Positions 9,618 to 19,159 of a DNA stretch of 44,870 nt are shown piece by piece (the first letter of the stretch is position 1; each line of letters starts with the position of its first letter). The DNA lies in NCBI GenBank assembly GCA_018812385.1, contig JAHJDU010000410.1, forward strand, positions 1 to 44,870, given 5' to 3'. Under the pieces are notes generated by a model that did not search any database, had not been told where the DNA came from, and saw only the letters and a list, made by a program, of their open reading frames with translations. Source of the DNA: Pseudomonadota bacterium. GTDB taxonomy: Bacteria > Desulfobacterota > Desulfobacteria > Desulfobacterales > Desulfobacteraceae. Position numbers and translations under genes: made by a program.

Positions 9618-10538
9618 CTATCCCTTATAAAGTTTGGGGTTAAGTACATCTCTTAGCCAGTCACCAAGCAGGTTAATGACAAGGACAAACAGAATAAGTA
9701 AAATTCCGGGGAAAACAGTAATCCACCATGATCCTGAAAAAATATAATCAAATCCAGACCTGATAAGAGAACCAAGAGAAGGCATTGTAACTGGCATGCC
9801 TAAGCCCAGAAAAGACAGGGCAGCTTCGCTCATAACTGCATTTGCAATCTGTATTGTTGAAATAACCATCAAGGATGTAAGAGAGTTTGGCAAGACATGT
9901 CTAACCATTATTACAGGATTTGATAACCCGATGACCTTTGCAGCTTCAACATATTCTTTGTTTTTTTCTCTCATTACAGAAGCGCGAATTGTTCTTGCAT
10001 ACATTGGCCATTCAGCAAAACCAATGATCAGTATTAAGAGTGGAATAGCCAGCTGTTCATATCTGCTTATTCCAAATAGCATTTGAAAAATAGCACCAAC
10101 TAATATTGCAAGCATAAGATAGGGAAATGAAAATTGAATGTCTGCTATCCTCATAAGTATTGCATCGGTTTTTCCACCAAGATATCCTGCTGACAATCCC
10201 ATAAAAATACCGATGAGTGCCTGAAGGGACACAGCTCCTATGCCTATCATTATAGATGTCCTAAGACCATATAACATTGTGGAAAGCATATCTCTTCCCA
10301 TGTTATCTGTCCCCAGTGGAAATTTTTTTTCTCCTCCTTCATTCCAGCTCGGAGGAATTTCAGAGTTCATAATATCTATATTGTTGGCATCATAGGGATC
10401 CATCGGAGCAATCCATGGTGCTGTTATTGCAAGAATGATAAATATTATAATTGCAATAAAGCTTGCCATGGCAACTTTATCTTGTCTGAAACTATATAGA
10501 AAATATGACTCTTTAAATTTCTGTAATGAACTTTTCAT
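9618..10538 (-). CDS. Peptide ABC transporter permease (DppC/OppC type), operon 1
   Basis: LGTDNMGRD, EYVEAAKVIG (EAA loop) and EAALSFLGLG. Confidence 0.92.
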   Translation of the reverse strand: MKSSLQKFKESYFLYSFRQDKVAMASFIAIIIFIILAITAPWIAPMDPYDANNIDIMNSEIPPSWNEGGEKKFPLGTDNMGRDMLSTMLYGLRTSIMIGIGAVSLQALIGIFMGLSAGYLGGKTDAILMRIADIQFSFPYLMLAILVGAIFQMLFGISRYEQLAIPLLILIIGFAEWPMYARTIRASVMREKNKEYVEAAKVIGLSNPVIMVRHVLPNSLTSLMVISTIQIANAVMSEAALSFLGLGMPVTMPSLGSLIRSGFDYIFSGSWWITVFPGILLILFVLVINLLGDWLRDVLNPKLYKG

Positions 10539-11518
10539 TTTGTTCCTGATATTCTGACTGTGGGATTAATAAATCCATAAAATATATCAACCACAGTATT
10601 GACTAAAACAAATACACTTGCCACGACAACCAGATATGCAATTAAAAGGGAAATATCAGCTCGTTGTATTGCTTCTAAAAACATAAACCCCATGCCCTGC
10701 CATTGAAAAACAGTTTCAGTAAGGATTGTAAAAGCAAACATAATACCAATTTGTAAACCAAAAACTGTAACAACAGGAAGTAAGGTGTTTTTAAATGCAT
10801 GAACTAACCAGATACGTGTGGGAGCAAGTCCTTTTGCCCAGGCATACTTAATATATTCTGTTTCAAGGACCTCCATCATTTCAGATCTGATGAGGCGGAT
10901 ATATAAAGGCAGCATTATTGATGCAAGAGATATACAGGGAAGAACAAGGTGTTGTAACCCATCTATGGTTAATAAACCAGAATTCCAGTAACCATTATTG
11001 AAAATATCGACAGTTTCACCTCTGCCATAGGAAGGTAGCCAGCCCAGGGTCACAGAAAAGAGATAAATAAACATAATAGCGGTTAAAAAGACAGGTATTG
11101 AAACGCCTAATGTAGAAAAACCCATGATAAATTTGGAAAACAAATGTTTAGGTTTTAAGGCTGCGAACACACCTAATGGCAAAGAAATCAAAATAATTAT
11201 TAAAGCTGCGCCTAAAACAAGTTCAATTGTAGCAGGGGCATGTTTTAAAATAACTTCAAGGCAGGGTTTCCGATATATTAAAGATGTTCCAAAGTCACCA
11301 TGAAGAACATTTTTTACAAATCTTGTATACTGTTTGAAAAAAGGATCATTCAGGCCCAGCTTATCAGCAATTACTGCTCTTTCTGCCGGCGTAACCCTTT
11401 CGCCTACAAGGTCTCTTACAGGGTCGCCAATATTGCTTTTTATTGAAAAACCGATCAAGCTGATAATCAGCATAACCATGATTGCCTGAATAGTTCTTCT
11501 TATAATGAATGCAAACAT
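10535..11518 (-). CDS. Peptide ABC transporter permease (DppB/OppB type), operon 1
   Basis: MFAFIIRR start at 11518, with motifs GDFGTS, PATIEL and HAFKN.L.P. Confidence 0.92.
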   Translation of the reverse strand: MFAFIIRRTIQAIMVMLIISLIGFSIKSNIGDPVRDLVGERVTPAERAVIADKLGLNDPFFKQYTRFVKNVLHGDFGTSLIYRKPCLEVILKHAPATIELVLGAALIIILISLPLGVFAALKPKHLFSKFIMGFSTLGVSIPVFLTAIMFIYLFSVTLGWLPSYGRGETVDIFNNGYWNSGLLTIDGLQHLVLPCISLASIMLPLYIRLIRSEMMEVLETEYIKYAWAKGLAPTRIWLVHAFKNTLLPVVTVFGLQIGIMFAFTILTETVFQWQGMGFMFLEAIQRADISLLIAYLVVVASVFVLVNTVVDIFYGFINPTVRISGTK

Positions 11519-11547
11519 AAGTTTATCTTGTATTGTGTTGATTTTGA

Positions 11548-11580
11548 TATCCAGGGGCCGGCGTTGCAAGCCCCTGGATA
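11548..11580 (-). terminator. Intergenic stem-loop after the substrate-binding gene (mRNA stabiliser or partial terminator)
   Basis: 11-bp perfect stem TATCCAGGGGC/GCCCCTGGATA. Confidence 0.6.
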
Positions 11581-11613
11581 ATAGTATAAGATAATACCCT
11601 TATCTGATCTGTC

Positions 11614-13167
11614 TTATTCTACTACAAGGTCACCAAAATAAGGGAAGTTTAATGCATTGACAATGGGTTCAATCTTAAAGTTTTTCTTCGCCCCATAAGA
11701 ATGATTTTGCCAATGGAATGGTACAAAGGCAGCTTCATCATAAAGAATTTGTTCAATTTCCTGAAGCATTGCAGCTCTTTTAGCAAGATCAGTTTCTGAC
11801 TGAGCACCAATTACAAGTTCATCAATTTTTTTATTGCAATAAGCACCGCTGTTATATTGGCCATAGCCAGTGTCAGCATTGGTACACATTGTTAAGAATT
11901 CTGAGAAATTACCAGAATCTTCAGTGTCTGAGTGCCATCCAATCATCATCATGTCAGCAGCTCTTTTGTCATACTCATCCCAATATTGAGCTTTTGGCAT
12001 TGTTTTAAGGTTAACTTTAATGCCAATTTTTGCAAGCATCTGAGCAGTTGCTTCAGCAATTTTTGCATCATTAACATAACGATCATTGGGGGCCATCATT
12101 GTAACTTCAAACCCATCAGCATAGCCAGCTTCTTTCATAAGCGCTTTGGCTTTATCAAGATCAAATCTTGGTTTAAGGTTTGCTTTGTGTCCTAAATAAC
12201 CTTCCGGGCTTTGTTGTGCTGCAACAGATGCAGTTCCTTTCATAATTTTTTCAACAATACCTGTATTGTTAACGGCATAACAAATTGCTTGACGTACTTT
12301 GACATTTTTAAAAGCTTCAACTCTATCCTGATTCATCTGGAAAGTAATTATACGTCCACCATTTAGTGTAACTAAATCAACTTTAGAATCAGATCGAATT
12401 CTATCGAAATCAGTAGGTGGAACAGGAGAAATAAAATCAACATCTCCTGAGAGAAGCGCGGCAACACGTGTTGCACTTTCTTTAATAGGAGTAAGTATGA
12501 CTTTACTTACATTACCAGGAGATTTTGTATCCCAGTAATCTTTAAAACGTGTCATTTCAAGCACAACACCCTGTTCAAATTTTTTGACAACAAAAGGACC
12601 GGTTCCTGATTCATTACCATTTGCAAAGGTGTGTGTGAATTTTACACAAGCATCTTTGGGCTGTCCGGTTTCATCAGTTCCTGTATAAAACTCACTGTCC
12701 ATCGGGAAAATATAAGTTGCCATATTCAGAAGAAGAGGGTAGGCTTTTTTGGTTTTTATATCTATTGTGTAATCATCAATAATGGTAACGCTTTCAAAGG
12801 GCTCAAAAAGACCTTTAAAGTCAACACTTTTTTGCAGACGTTCAAAAGACCATTTTACATCTTTTGCAGTTAATGTGTTGCCGCTGTGAAACTTTACGCC
12901 TTTATGAAGATAAAAACGGATTGTAAGTTCATCAAGCCTTTCCCATTTTTCAGCAAGGCGTGGTACAATCTGATGATCTTTATTCCAACGTACAAGAGGG
13001 TCAAACACCCAGTGTGAAAGTTGAAGCATCCCACCTGAAAGTTGAACCTGTGGATCAAGAGATTCAGGGTCAGCATCAAGACCAACTTTTAAGGTTTTGG
13101 AACTTGCTGTGCAGGTAAAAAATAAAACCATAAATAAACTTAAACCTAACAAAATTAATTTTTTCAT
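11614..13167 (-). CDS. Peptide/nickel ABC substrate-binding protein (SBP family 5), operon 1
   Basis: Signal peptide MKKLILLGLSLF... from the ATG at 13167 (GGAG RBS). Motifs LDP, LAEKW, GVKFHSG, GTGPF and VRQAI.YAVN. Confidence 0.92.
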   Translation of the reverse strand: MKKLILLGLSLFMVLFFTCTASSKTLKVGLDADPESLDPQVQLSGGMLQLSHWVFDPLVRWNKDHQIVPRLAEKWERLDELTIRFYLHKGVKFHSGNTLTAKDVKWSFERLQKSVDFKGLFEPFESVTIIDDYTIDIKTKKAYPLLLNMATYIFPMDSEFYTGTDETGQPKDACVKFTHTFANGNESGTGPFVVKKFEQGVVLEMTRFKDYWDTKSPGNVSKVILTPIKESATRVAALLSGDVDFISPVPPTDFDRIRSDSKVDLVTLNGGRIITFQMNQDRVEAFKNVKVRQAICYAVNNTGIVEKIMKGTASVAAQQSPEGYLGHKANLKPRFDLDKAKALMKEAGYADGFEVTMMAPNDRYVNDAKIAEATAQMLAKIGIKVNLKTMPKAQYWDEYDKRAADMMMIGWHSDTEDSGNFSEFLTMCTNADTGYGQYNSGAYCNKKIDELVIGAQSETDLAKRAAMLQEIEQILYDEAAFVPFHWQNHSYGAKKNFKIEPIVNALNFPYFGDLVVE

Positions 13168-13349
13168 CTTAATTCTCCTAACTTTAATAAAATTAAAATA
13201 CATACCAAAATATGTTTTCCCGGCACATTTTGATGACAAAGAAACTGCAAATTCTCGAATAACTTGCAAGTACCAAAAATTAGTGGAGGGGTCAAGAAAT
13301 TACGTGTTTTAAAAAAAAATAGATTAAAATCTACAAAATCCAAATTGTT

Positions 13350-13378
13350 TTGACATTAATAAAAAACATTGTTATTAG
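13350..13378 (+). promoter_or_regulatory. Candidate sigma70 promoter of the dpp operon
   Basis: TTGACA-N17-TATTAG with a TG extension. A divergent TTGACC-N17-TACTTG lies on the minus strand at 13267-13295. Confidence 0.5.
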
Positions 13379-13444
13379 GCAATAATGCGGTATTGAAGTG
13401 ATCATTATTATTCTTTGTTTAACACAATTTTTAAAGGAGGAAAA

Positions 13445-15049
13445 ATGAAAAAGATAGGAATATTATTAACATTATTTATGTTTTTGTTTTCCGGTTCTGT
13501 TCTTGCGGCCCCAAAAGCCGGAGGAACCTTTGTTTTCGGCCGTGGCGGCGATAGTGTAGGGCTTGATCCTGCCTATGAAACCGACGGCAATTCGTTTATG
13601 GTCTGTGACAATATCTTTGAAGCCTTGGTTGCATACAAGGACGAGTCAACCGCCCTGGAACCAGGTCTGGCTGAATCATGGGATATCGCTGCGGATGGCC
13701 TGACTTATAAATTTAATTTGAGAAAAGGTGTTAAATTTCATGACGGCACACCTTTTAATGCAGATGCAGTTGTTTTCTCCATCGGCAGAATGATGAAGGA
13801 AAAAAACGTAAAATTTGTTGGAAAAGGTTATGATATTCCTGTTCAGGATAGAACGCCGGAATATTGGGCATCCATGGAAATGGACAACACCATAGGTTCC
13901 ATTGAAGCAATTGACGAATACACGGTTGTATTCAAGCTGAAAAGAGTAGAGGCACCTTTCCTTGCCAATATGGGAATGGATTTCGCCGATATTATCAGCC
14001 CCACAGCCTTTCTTTCCAATCCAAAAGAATTTTTAAGACAGCCTGTTGGAACAGGGCCTTTTAAATTTGTCTCCTGGGTAAAGGATGACAAAATTGTTCT
14101 TGAAAAATTTAAAGAGTATTGGGATAAAACCGAAGGCCCTTATTTTGATAAAGTCATTTTCAGGTCTATCCCTGAAAACTCCGTAAGATTCCTTGAGCTT
14201 AAAACCGGTTCCATCAATGTCTGCCAGTTCCCGAATCCGGCAGATATTCCCCTTGCCAAGAAAGACACCAACCTCCAGCTTATTTCTCAGCCGGGCATGA
14301 ACGTAGGTTACCTGTCTTTCAACCATACCAAGGAACCCTGGAAGAGCAATTTGCATTTAAGAAAAGCCGTTGCCTACGCCATCAACAGGCAAGCCATTGT
14401 TGATAATATCTATCAGGGAATGGGGCAGATTGCAAAGAACCCGATTCCGCCAACCATGTGGGGATATAATAAAAGCATCCCGGGATATGTCTTTGATGTG
14501 GAGCTTGCCAAACAAGAGCTTGAAAAAGCCGGTTTTAAAGATGGAAAAGGTCTGGGCGAAATTACGCTCTGGTCAATGCCGGTTCCCCGTCCATACAACC
14601 CTGAAGGGCTTAAGGTCGGTGTTGCCATGATTTCAAACCTTGCAAAGATCGGTATCCAGGCAAGGATTGTCAGCTATGACTGGGGTACATACCTTAAAAA
14701 ACAACGTGAACAGCCTGATGACATGGATCTGTTCCAGCTTGGATGGACGGGTGACAATGGTGATCCGGATAATTTCCTTGCTGTTCTTTTTGATGGCCTT
14801 GCCTCTCCTTCCATCAGGACCCAGTGGCACAACGCAGAATATCATGATCTGATAGTCAAGGGCAAAATCACAATTGATCAGGCGGAACGTACTAAAATCT
14901 ACGAAAGAGCCCTCCAGGTGATTTTTGACGATGTGGGTACTATTCCCATTGCCCATTCAACTGTTATCTGGCCTACCACCAAAAATGTCGTGAATTTCAA
15001 ACTTCATCCAACTGGAAGTGTAAGATTGAAAAACGTGTCATTTAAATAA
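13445..15049 (+). CDS. dppA: Dipeptide ABC transporter substrate-binding protein
   Basis: MKKIG signal peptide after GGAGG. Motifs PGLAESW, MPVPRPYNP and GWTGDNGDPDNF, which are DppA-like. Confidence 0.88.
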   Translation: MKKIGILLTLFMFLFSGSVLAAPKAGGTFVFGRGGDSVGLDPAYETDGNSFMVCDNIFEALVAYKDESTALEPGLAESWDIAADGLTYKFNLRKGVKFHDGTPFNADAVVFSIGRMMKEKNVKFVGKGYDIPVQDRTPEYWASMEMDNTIGSIEAIDEYTVVFKLKRVEAPFLANMGMDFADIISPTAFLSNPKEFLRQPVGTGPFKFVSWVKDDKIVLEKFKEYWDKTEGPYFDKVIFRSIPENSVRFLELKTGSINVCQFPNPADIPLAKKDTNLQLISQPGMNVGYLSFNHTKEPWKSNLHLRKAVAYAINRQAIVDNIYQGMGQIAKNPIPPTMWGYNKSIPGYVFDVELAKQELEKAGFKDGKGLGEITLWSMPVPRPYNPEGLKVGVAMISNLAKIGIQARIVSYDWGTYLKKQREQPDDMDLFQLGWTGDNGDPDNFLAVLFDGLASPSIRTQWHNAEYHDLIVKGKITIDQAERTKIYERALQVIFDDVGTIPIAHSTVIWPTTKNVVNFKLHPTGSVRLKNVSFK

Positions 15050-15056
15050 ACACCTG

Positions 15057-15094
15057 AAAAAAGGGAGAGGGCTTACAAAGCTCTTTCCCTTTTT
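15057..15094 (+). terminator. Stem-loop after dppA (attenuating terminator or stabiliser)
   Basis: AAAAAAGGGAGAGGGCT-loop-AGCTCTTTCCCTTTTT. Confidence 0.65.
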
Positions 15095-15114
15095 AAACAA
15101 AACATCACAAAATT

Positions 15115-16119
15115 ATGTTAGCTTATATTATCAGACGTATTTTTATTCTTGTTCCAACACTTTTAGGCGTGTCATTGATCGTCTTTTTCATGCTTCGTCT
15201 CACCCCGGGTGATCCAGCCGAACTGATGCTTGGGGAAAGGGCAACAGAAGAATCCCTGCATCAAGTCAGGGAACACCTTGGGTTGAATAAACCGCTTCAT
15301 GTCCAGTACGGCATGTTCATGAAACGGCTGATGAAAGGAGATCTTGGCGAAACCATATTTACAAGGCAAAAGGTCTGGACTGAGATCAAACATAGATTTC
15401 CGGCAACCTTGGAATTGTCTGTCTGCGCCTTGTTTATCTCCTGTTTTGTGGGGATCATATTGGGGATTATTTCCGCCACAAAGCAGTACTCGATATTTGA
15501 CTACCTGAGCATGCTCGGCGCCTTGACAGGGGTCAGTATGCCGATATTCTGGCTGGGCCTGGTGCTGATGTTGATATTTTCTGTCAACCTCGGGTGGCTG
15601 CCCATTTCTGGCCGTTTGAGTGTTTTAATCGACCTGGAAGTCGTAACAAATTTCTATGTGCTTGATTCCATTATCACTAAAAACTGGGTGGCACTCAAGG
15701 ATTCTATATGGCATTTGATCATGCCGGCTGTGACTTTAAGTACTATTCCCACAGCAATTATTGCCAGGATGACCCGGTCCAGCATGCTTGAAGTTTTAAG
15801 GCAGGACTATATTAAAACCGCAAAAGCCAAAGGACTTTCCAGCTTCAAAGTGGTTTACAAACATGCGTTGCGGAATGCATTGATTCCCGTTGTCACCACC
15901 ATAGGCCTTCAGTTTGGCGTACTTTTGTGCGGTGCCATCCTGACAGAGACTATTTTTGCCTGGCCCGGAGTGGGCAAGTGGATGTATGATGCTGTCATGC
16001 AGAGGGACTACATGGTTATACAAGGCGGTACATTGATTATTGCCACTATCTTTATTCTGATCAACCTGTTTGTTGATCTGCTCTATGCTGTAATAAATCC
16101 TAAAATCAGTATCAAATAA
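15115..16119 (+). CDS. dppB: Dipeptide ABC transporter permease
   Basis: PGDPA, FPATLEL, SMPIFWLG and TAKAKGL...HALRNAL. Confidence 0.9.
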   Translation: MLAYIIRRIFILVPTLLGVSLIVFFMLRLTPGDPAELMLGERATEESLHQVREHLGLNKPLHVQYGMFMKRLMKGDLGETIFTRQKVWTEIKHRFPATLELSVCALFISCFVGIILGIISATKQYSIFDYLSMLGALTGVSMPIFWLGLVLMLIFSVNLGWLPISGRLSVLIDLEVVTNFYVLDSIITKNWVALKDSIWHLIMPAVTLSTIPTAIIARMTRSSMLEVLRQDYIKTAKAKGLSSFKVVYKHALRNALIPVVTTIGLQFGVLLCGAILTETIFAWPGVGKWMYDAVMQRDYMVIQGGTLIIATIFILINLFVDLLYAVINPKISIK

Positions 16120-16135
16120 TCCAAAAGTAAGGTTT

Positions 16136-17029
16136 ATGAACAAGAAAAAAATAAAAAAAAACCCCTTGGACCGGCATCCCATGCTGGAACAGCTCGCTCA
16201 GCTGTGGAGGAACAAAACAGCCATTGCAGGCCTGATTATTATTGTTGTTTTCATCCTGGTTGCAATATTTGCACCTTATATCAGTCCCCATGATCCGATT
16301 GAGACCTCCCTGTATGACCAGCTCAAGCCACCTGTCTGGTATGAAGGCGGCACTACCAAAAATATACTTGGCACGGATGACCTGGGACGGGACATACTTT
16401 CCAGGTTGATATATGGAGCCAGAATCTCTTTGATGGTATCTGTCATCAGCGTGAGCCTTGCATTCTTTTTCGGCACCCTGATCGGTGCTATTTCAGGATA
16501 CAAAAAAGGATGGCTGGATAACATTGTCATGCGTCTCATGGATATTATTCTTTCCTTTCCCTATATTCTTCTGGCCATAGTAATTGTTGCCTATCTTGGA
16601 CCCAGTCTGAAAAATGCCATGATTGCCATTGGAATAACCTATGTCCCCAGATTTGCAAGAATTGTCCGGGGGAGTGTTCTTGAAGAATGTGAAAAAGACT
16701 ATGTAACAGCTGCCAGGGCCATCGGGGCAAGTGAATTCAGAATTATTTTTCTAGCCATTCTTCCCAATTGCATGGGCCCCCTCATTGTCCAGACAACCTT
16801 AAATTTTGCAAGTGCGATTCTTGATGCGGCCGCATTAAGCTTTCTGGGCCTGGGTGCCCAGCCCCCTACGCCTGAATGGGGTGCAATGATTGCCCAGAGC
16901 AGATCATTGATTTTAAGAGCGTCCTGGGTTATGACCTTGCCGGGACTTGCTATTTTATTTGCTGTTTTAGGATTCAACCTGCTGGGTGATGGATTAAGGG
17001 ATGCACTTGATCCCCGGTTAAGGGATTAA
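16136..17029 (+). CDS. dppC: Dipeptide ABC transporter permease
   Basis: LGTDDLGRDILSRLIYGAR and LSFLGLGAQPPTPEWG. Confidence 0.9.
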   Translation: MNKKKIKKNPLDRHPMLEQLAQLWRNKTAIAGLIIIVVFILVAIFAPYISPHDPIETSLYDQLKPPVWYEGGTTKNILGTDDLGRDILSRLIYGARISLMVSVISVSLAFFFGTLIGAISGYKKGWLDNIVMRLMDIILSFPYILLAIVIVAYLGPSLKNAMIAIGITYVPRFARIVRGSVLEECEKDYVTAARAIGASEFRIIFLAILPNCMGPLIVQTTLNFASAILDAAALSFLGLGAQPPTPEWGAMIAQSRSLILRASWVMTLPGLAILFAVLGFNLLGDGLRDALDPRLRD

Positions 17030-17031
17030 AA

Positions 17032-18009
17032 ATGGACAACGACAACCTTCTTGATATAATAGAACTTAGAACACATTTTTTCGTCAGAGACTGGACTGCC
17101 AAGGCTGTTGATAATGTCAGCATCACCATCGCACCTGGCCAGACTTTAGGGTTAGTGGGAGAATCAGGATGCGGAAAAAGTGTGACAGCCCATTCCATCA
17201 TGAGACTTATCCCGGAGCCTCCGGGAAAAATTGTGGGCGGAAAAATTCTGTTTGAAGGAATAGATCTGGTAAAAGCAAGTGAAAAGCAGATGAGAAAAGT
17301 CCGGGGCAACCGGATCAGTATGATTTTCCAGGAACCCATGACCTCTTTGAACCCGGTTTTTACCGTGGGAGACCAGGTTTCAGAAGTTATTGAACTTCAT
17401 ACAAATATTTCCAAAAAGGAATTAAAAAACCGGGTGGTTGAAATGTTCAAAAAGGTTGGAATTCCTGATCCGGAAAAAAGACCCCATGAATATCCCCACC
17501 AGATGAGCGGCGGTATGCGCCAGAGAGTCATGATTGCCATGGCTTTGGCATGCAATCCCAGACTTATGATTGCCGATGAACCCACCACCGCCCTGGATGT
17601 AACCATACAGGCCCAGATACTTGATCTGATGAACCGCTTGAAATCAGAAACAGGCGCAGCTATTTTATTTATTACCCATGACCTTGGGGTAATTGCGGAA
17701 ATGGCCCAGATGGTGGCCGTCATGTATGCCGGAAAAATCGTTGAATACACAGATGTTAACACGCTGTTTGGAAACCCCAAACACCCCTATACCATCGGGT
17801 TGATGAAGTCCATACCTGTCCTGGGCAAAAATATGGGCATGGCCAGGCTGCAGACCATAAAAGGTTCGGTTCCATCATTATTCAATCTTCCCCAGGGATG
17901 TTATTTTTCAAATCGTTGCCCGGATGTGTTCAAGGACTGCATGACCACACTTCCTCAGATCTGTAATATAAGTAAAAATCATATAGTACGGTGTTTAAAA
18001 TATGCTTGA
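17032..18009 (+). CDS. dppD: Dipeptide ABC transporter ATP-binding subunit
   Basis: [24 protein letters not shown] and HPYT. Confidence 0.88.
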   Translation: MDNDNLLDIIELRTHFFVRDWTAKAVDNVSITIAPGQTLGLVGESGCGKSVTAHSIMRLIPEPPGKIVGGKILFEGIDLVKASEKQMRKVRGNRISMIFQEPMTSLNPVFTVGDQVSEVIELHTNISKKELKNRVVEMFKKVGIPDPEKRPHEYPHQMSGGMRQRVMIAMALACNPRLMIADEPTTALDVTIQAQILDLMNRLKSETGAAILFITHDLGVIAEMAQMVAVMYAGKIVEYTDVNTLFGNPKHPYTIGLMKSIPVLGKNMGMARLQTIKGSVPSLFNLPQGCYFSNRCPDVFKDCMTTLPQICNISKNHIVRCLKYA

Positions 18010-18982
18010 TGCTAATCATTCCAAAACATTACTGAGAATAGAAAACCTGGTTAAGTATTATCCCATAAAGGGCGGTATCTTCATGAAGGAAGTAGCCTCG
18101 GTCAAAGCCGTGGATAATGTCAGCCTGACCATTCAACAAGGCGAGACTCTGGGGCTTGTGGGAGAATCAGGGTGTGGAAAATCAACCCTTGGAAGAGCAA
18201 TTTTAAGGCTGGAAGAACCTACATCAGGCAAAGTATTTTTTCAGGATCAGGCCATCCAGGATCTGGAACCCGGGGCCATGCGCCGGCTGAGAAAAAAAAT
18301 GCAAATCATTTTTCAGGATCCTTTTTCCTCCCTTAACCCACGAAAATCTATTTCACAGATCATTGGTGAACCCCTCCTGGTCCATGGGATGAAAAGCAGG
18401 TCACAAAGGGACAATGCCGTGGCTGAAATACTGGAAACTGTAGGACTTGGAAGGGAACACATGCGAAGGTATCCCCACCAGTTTTCCGGTGGGCAGCGGC
18501 ATAGAATCGGTATTGCCAGGGCCATTGCCCTGAAACCGGAGTTCATTGTCTGCGATGAAGCCGTCTCAGCCCTTGATGTATCCATCCAGGCCCAGGTGAT
18601 CAATTTGTTAAAAGACCTTCAGGAGCAGTTCAATCTGACATATCTGTTCATTTCCCATGACCTGCCCGTGGTGGAATATATCTCTGACAGAGTCGCTGTC
18701 ATGTATCTTGGCAAAATCGTTGAATTTGCCGAATCAGGTGAGTTATATAAAAATCCTTTACACCCTTATACCAATGCTCTTTTGGCGTCCTCACCCATTC
18801 CAGATCCCAATTTTCAGAGAAAAATACAGCCATTGATAGGGGATGTGCCAAGCCCCATCAACCCGCCAACCGGTTGCAGGTTTCATACCCGGTGTCCCAA
18901 ACGCCAGGATATCTGTTCCCAGAAGGAACCTGAATTTATCGAACATGAAAAGGGTCACTTTGCCGCCTGCTTTTTTATATAA
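18002..18982 (+). CDS. dppF: Dipeptide ABC transporter ATP-binding subunit
   Basis: [17 protein letters not shown] and [17 protein letters not shown]. Confidence 0.88.
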   Translation: MLDANHSKTLLRIENLVKYYPIKGGIFMKEVASVKAVDNVSLTIQQGETLGLVGESGCGKSTLGRAILRLEEPTSGKVFFQDQAIQDLEPGAMRRLRKKMQIIFQDPFSSLNPRKSISQIIGEPLLVHGMKSRSQRDNAVAEILETVGLGREHMRRYPHQFSGGQRHRIGIARAIALKPEFIVCDEAVSALDVSIQAQVINLLKDLQEQFNLTYLFISHDLPVVEYISDRVAVMYLGKIVEFAESGELYKNPLHPYTNALLASSPIPDPNFQRKIQPLIGDVPSPINPPTGCRFHTRCPKRQDICSQKEPEFIEHEKGHFAACFFI

Positions 18983-19034
18983 AGCGATCTTACAAAAAAT
19001 GCTTTCCTGATAAAAAATTATTTTAAAAATTTGT

Positions 19035-19063
19035 TTGCCTCAAGATAAATCCTCATATATAGT
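19035..19063 (+). promoter_or_regulatory. Candidate sigma70 promoter of the Na/Pi cotransporter
   Basis: TTGCCT-N17-TATAGT. Confidence 0.55.
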
Positions 19064-19075
19064 ATAAGTTTCGTC

Positions 19076-19131
19076 CTGACCCAAAGATAGATGCCCATGG
19101 TTTAAGGCACCTAGAGAAGGTCAGATTTTTT
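19076..19131 (+). promoter_or_regulatory. Candidate structured 5' leader (cis-regulatory RNA)
   Basis: P1 CTGACC/GGTCAG, an A-rich internal loop, P2 TAGaTGCC/GGCAcCTA, then T6. Starts just after the predicted TSS. Confidence 0.35.
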
Positions 19132-19159
19132 AAATTATGTAATCTCTTTTGGTGGGATA

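Noticed and set aside
13168-13269. Upstream extension of the minus-strand substrate-binding protein
   Set aside because: The signal peptide and RBS indicate the start at 13167.
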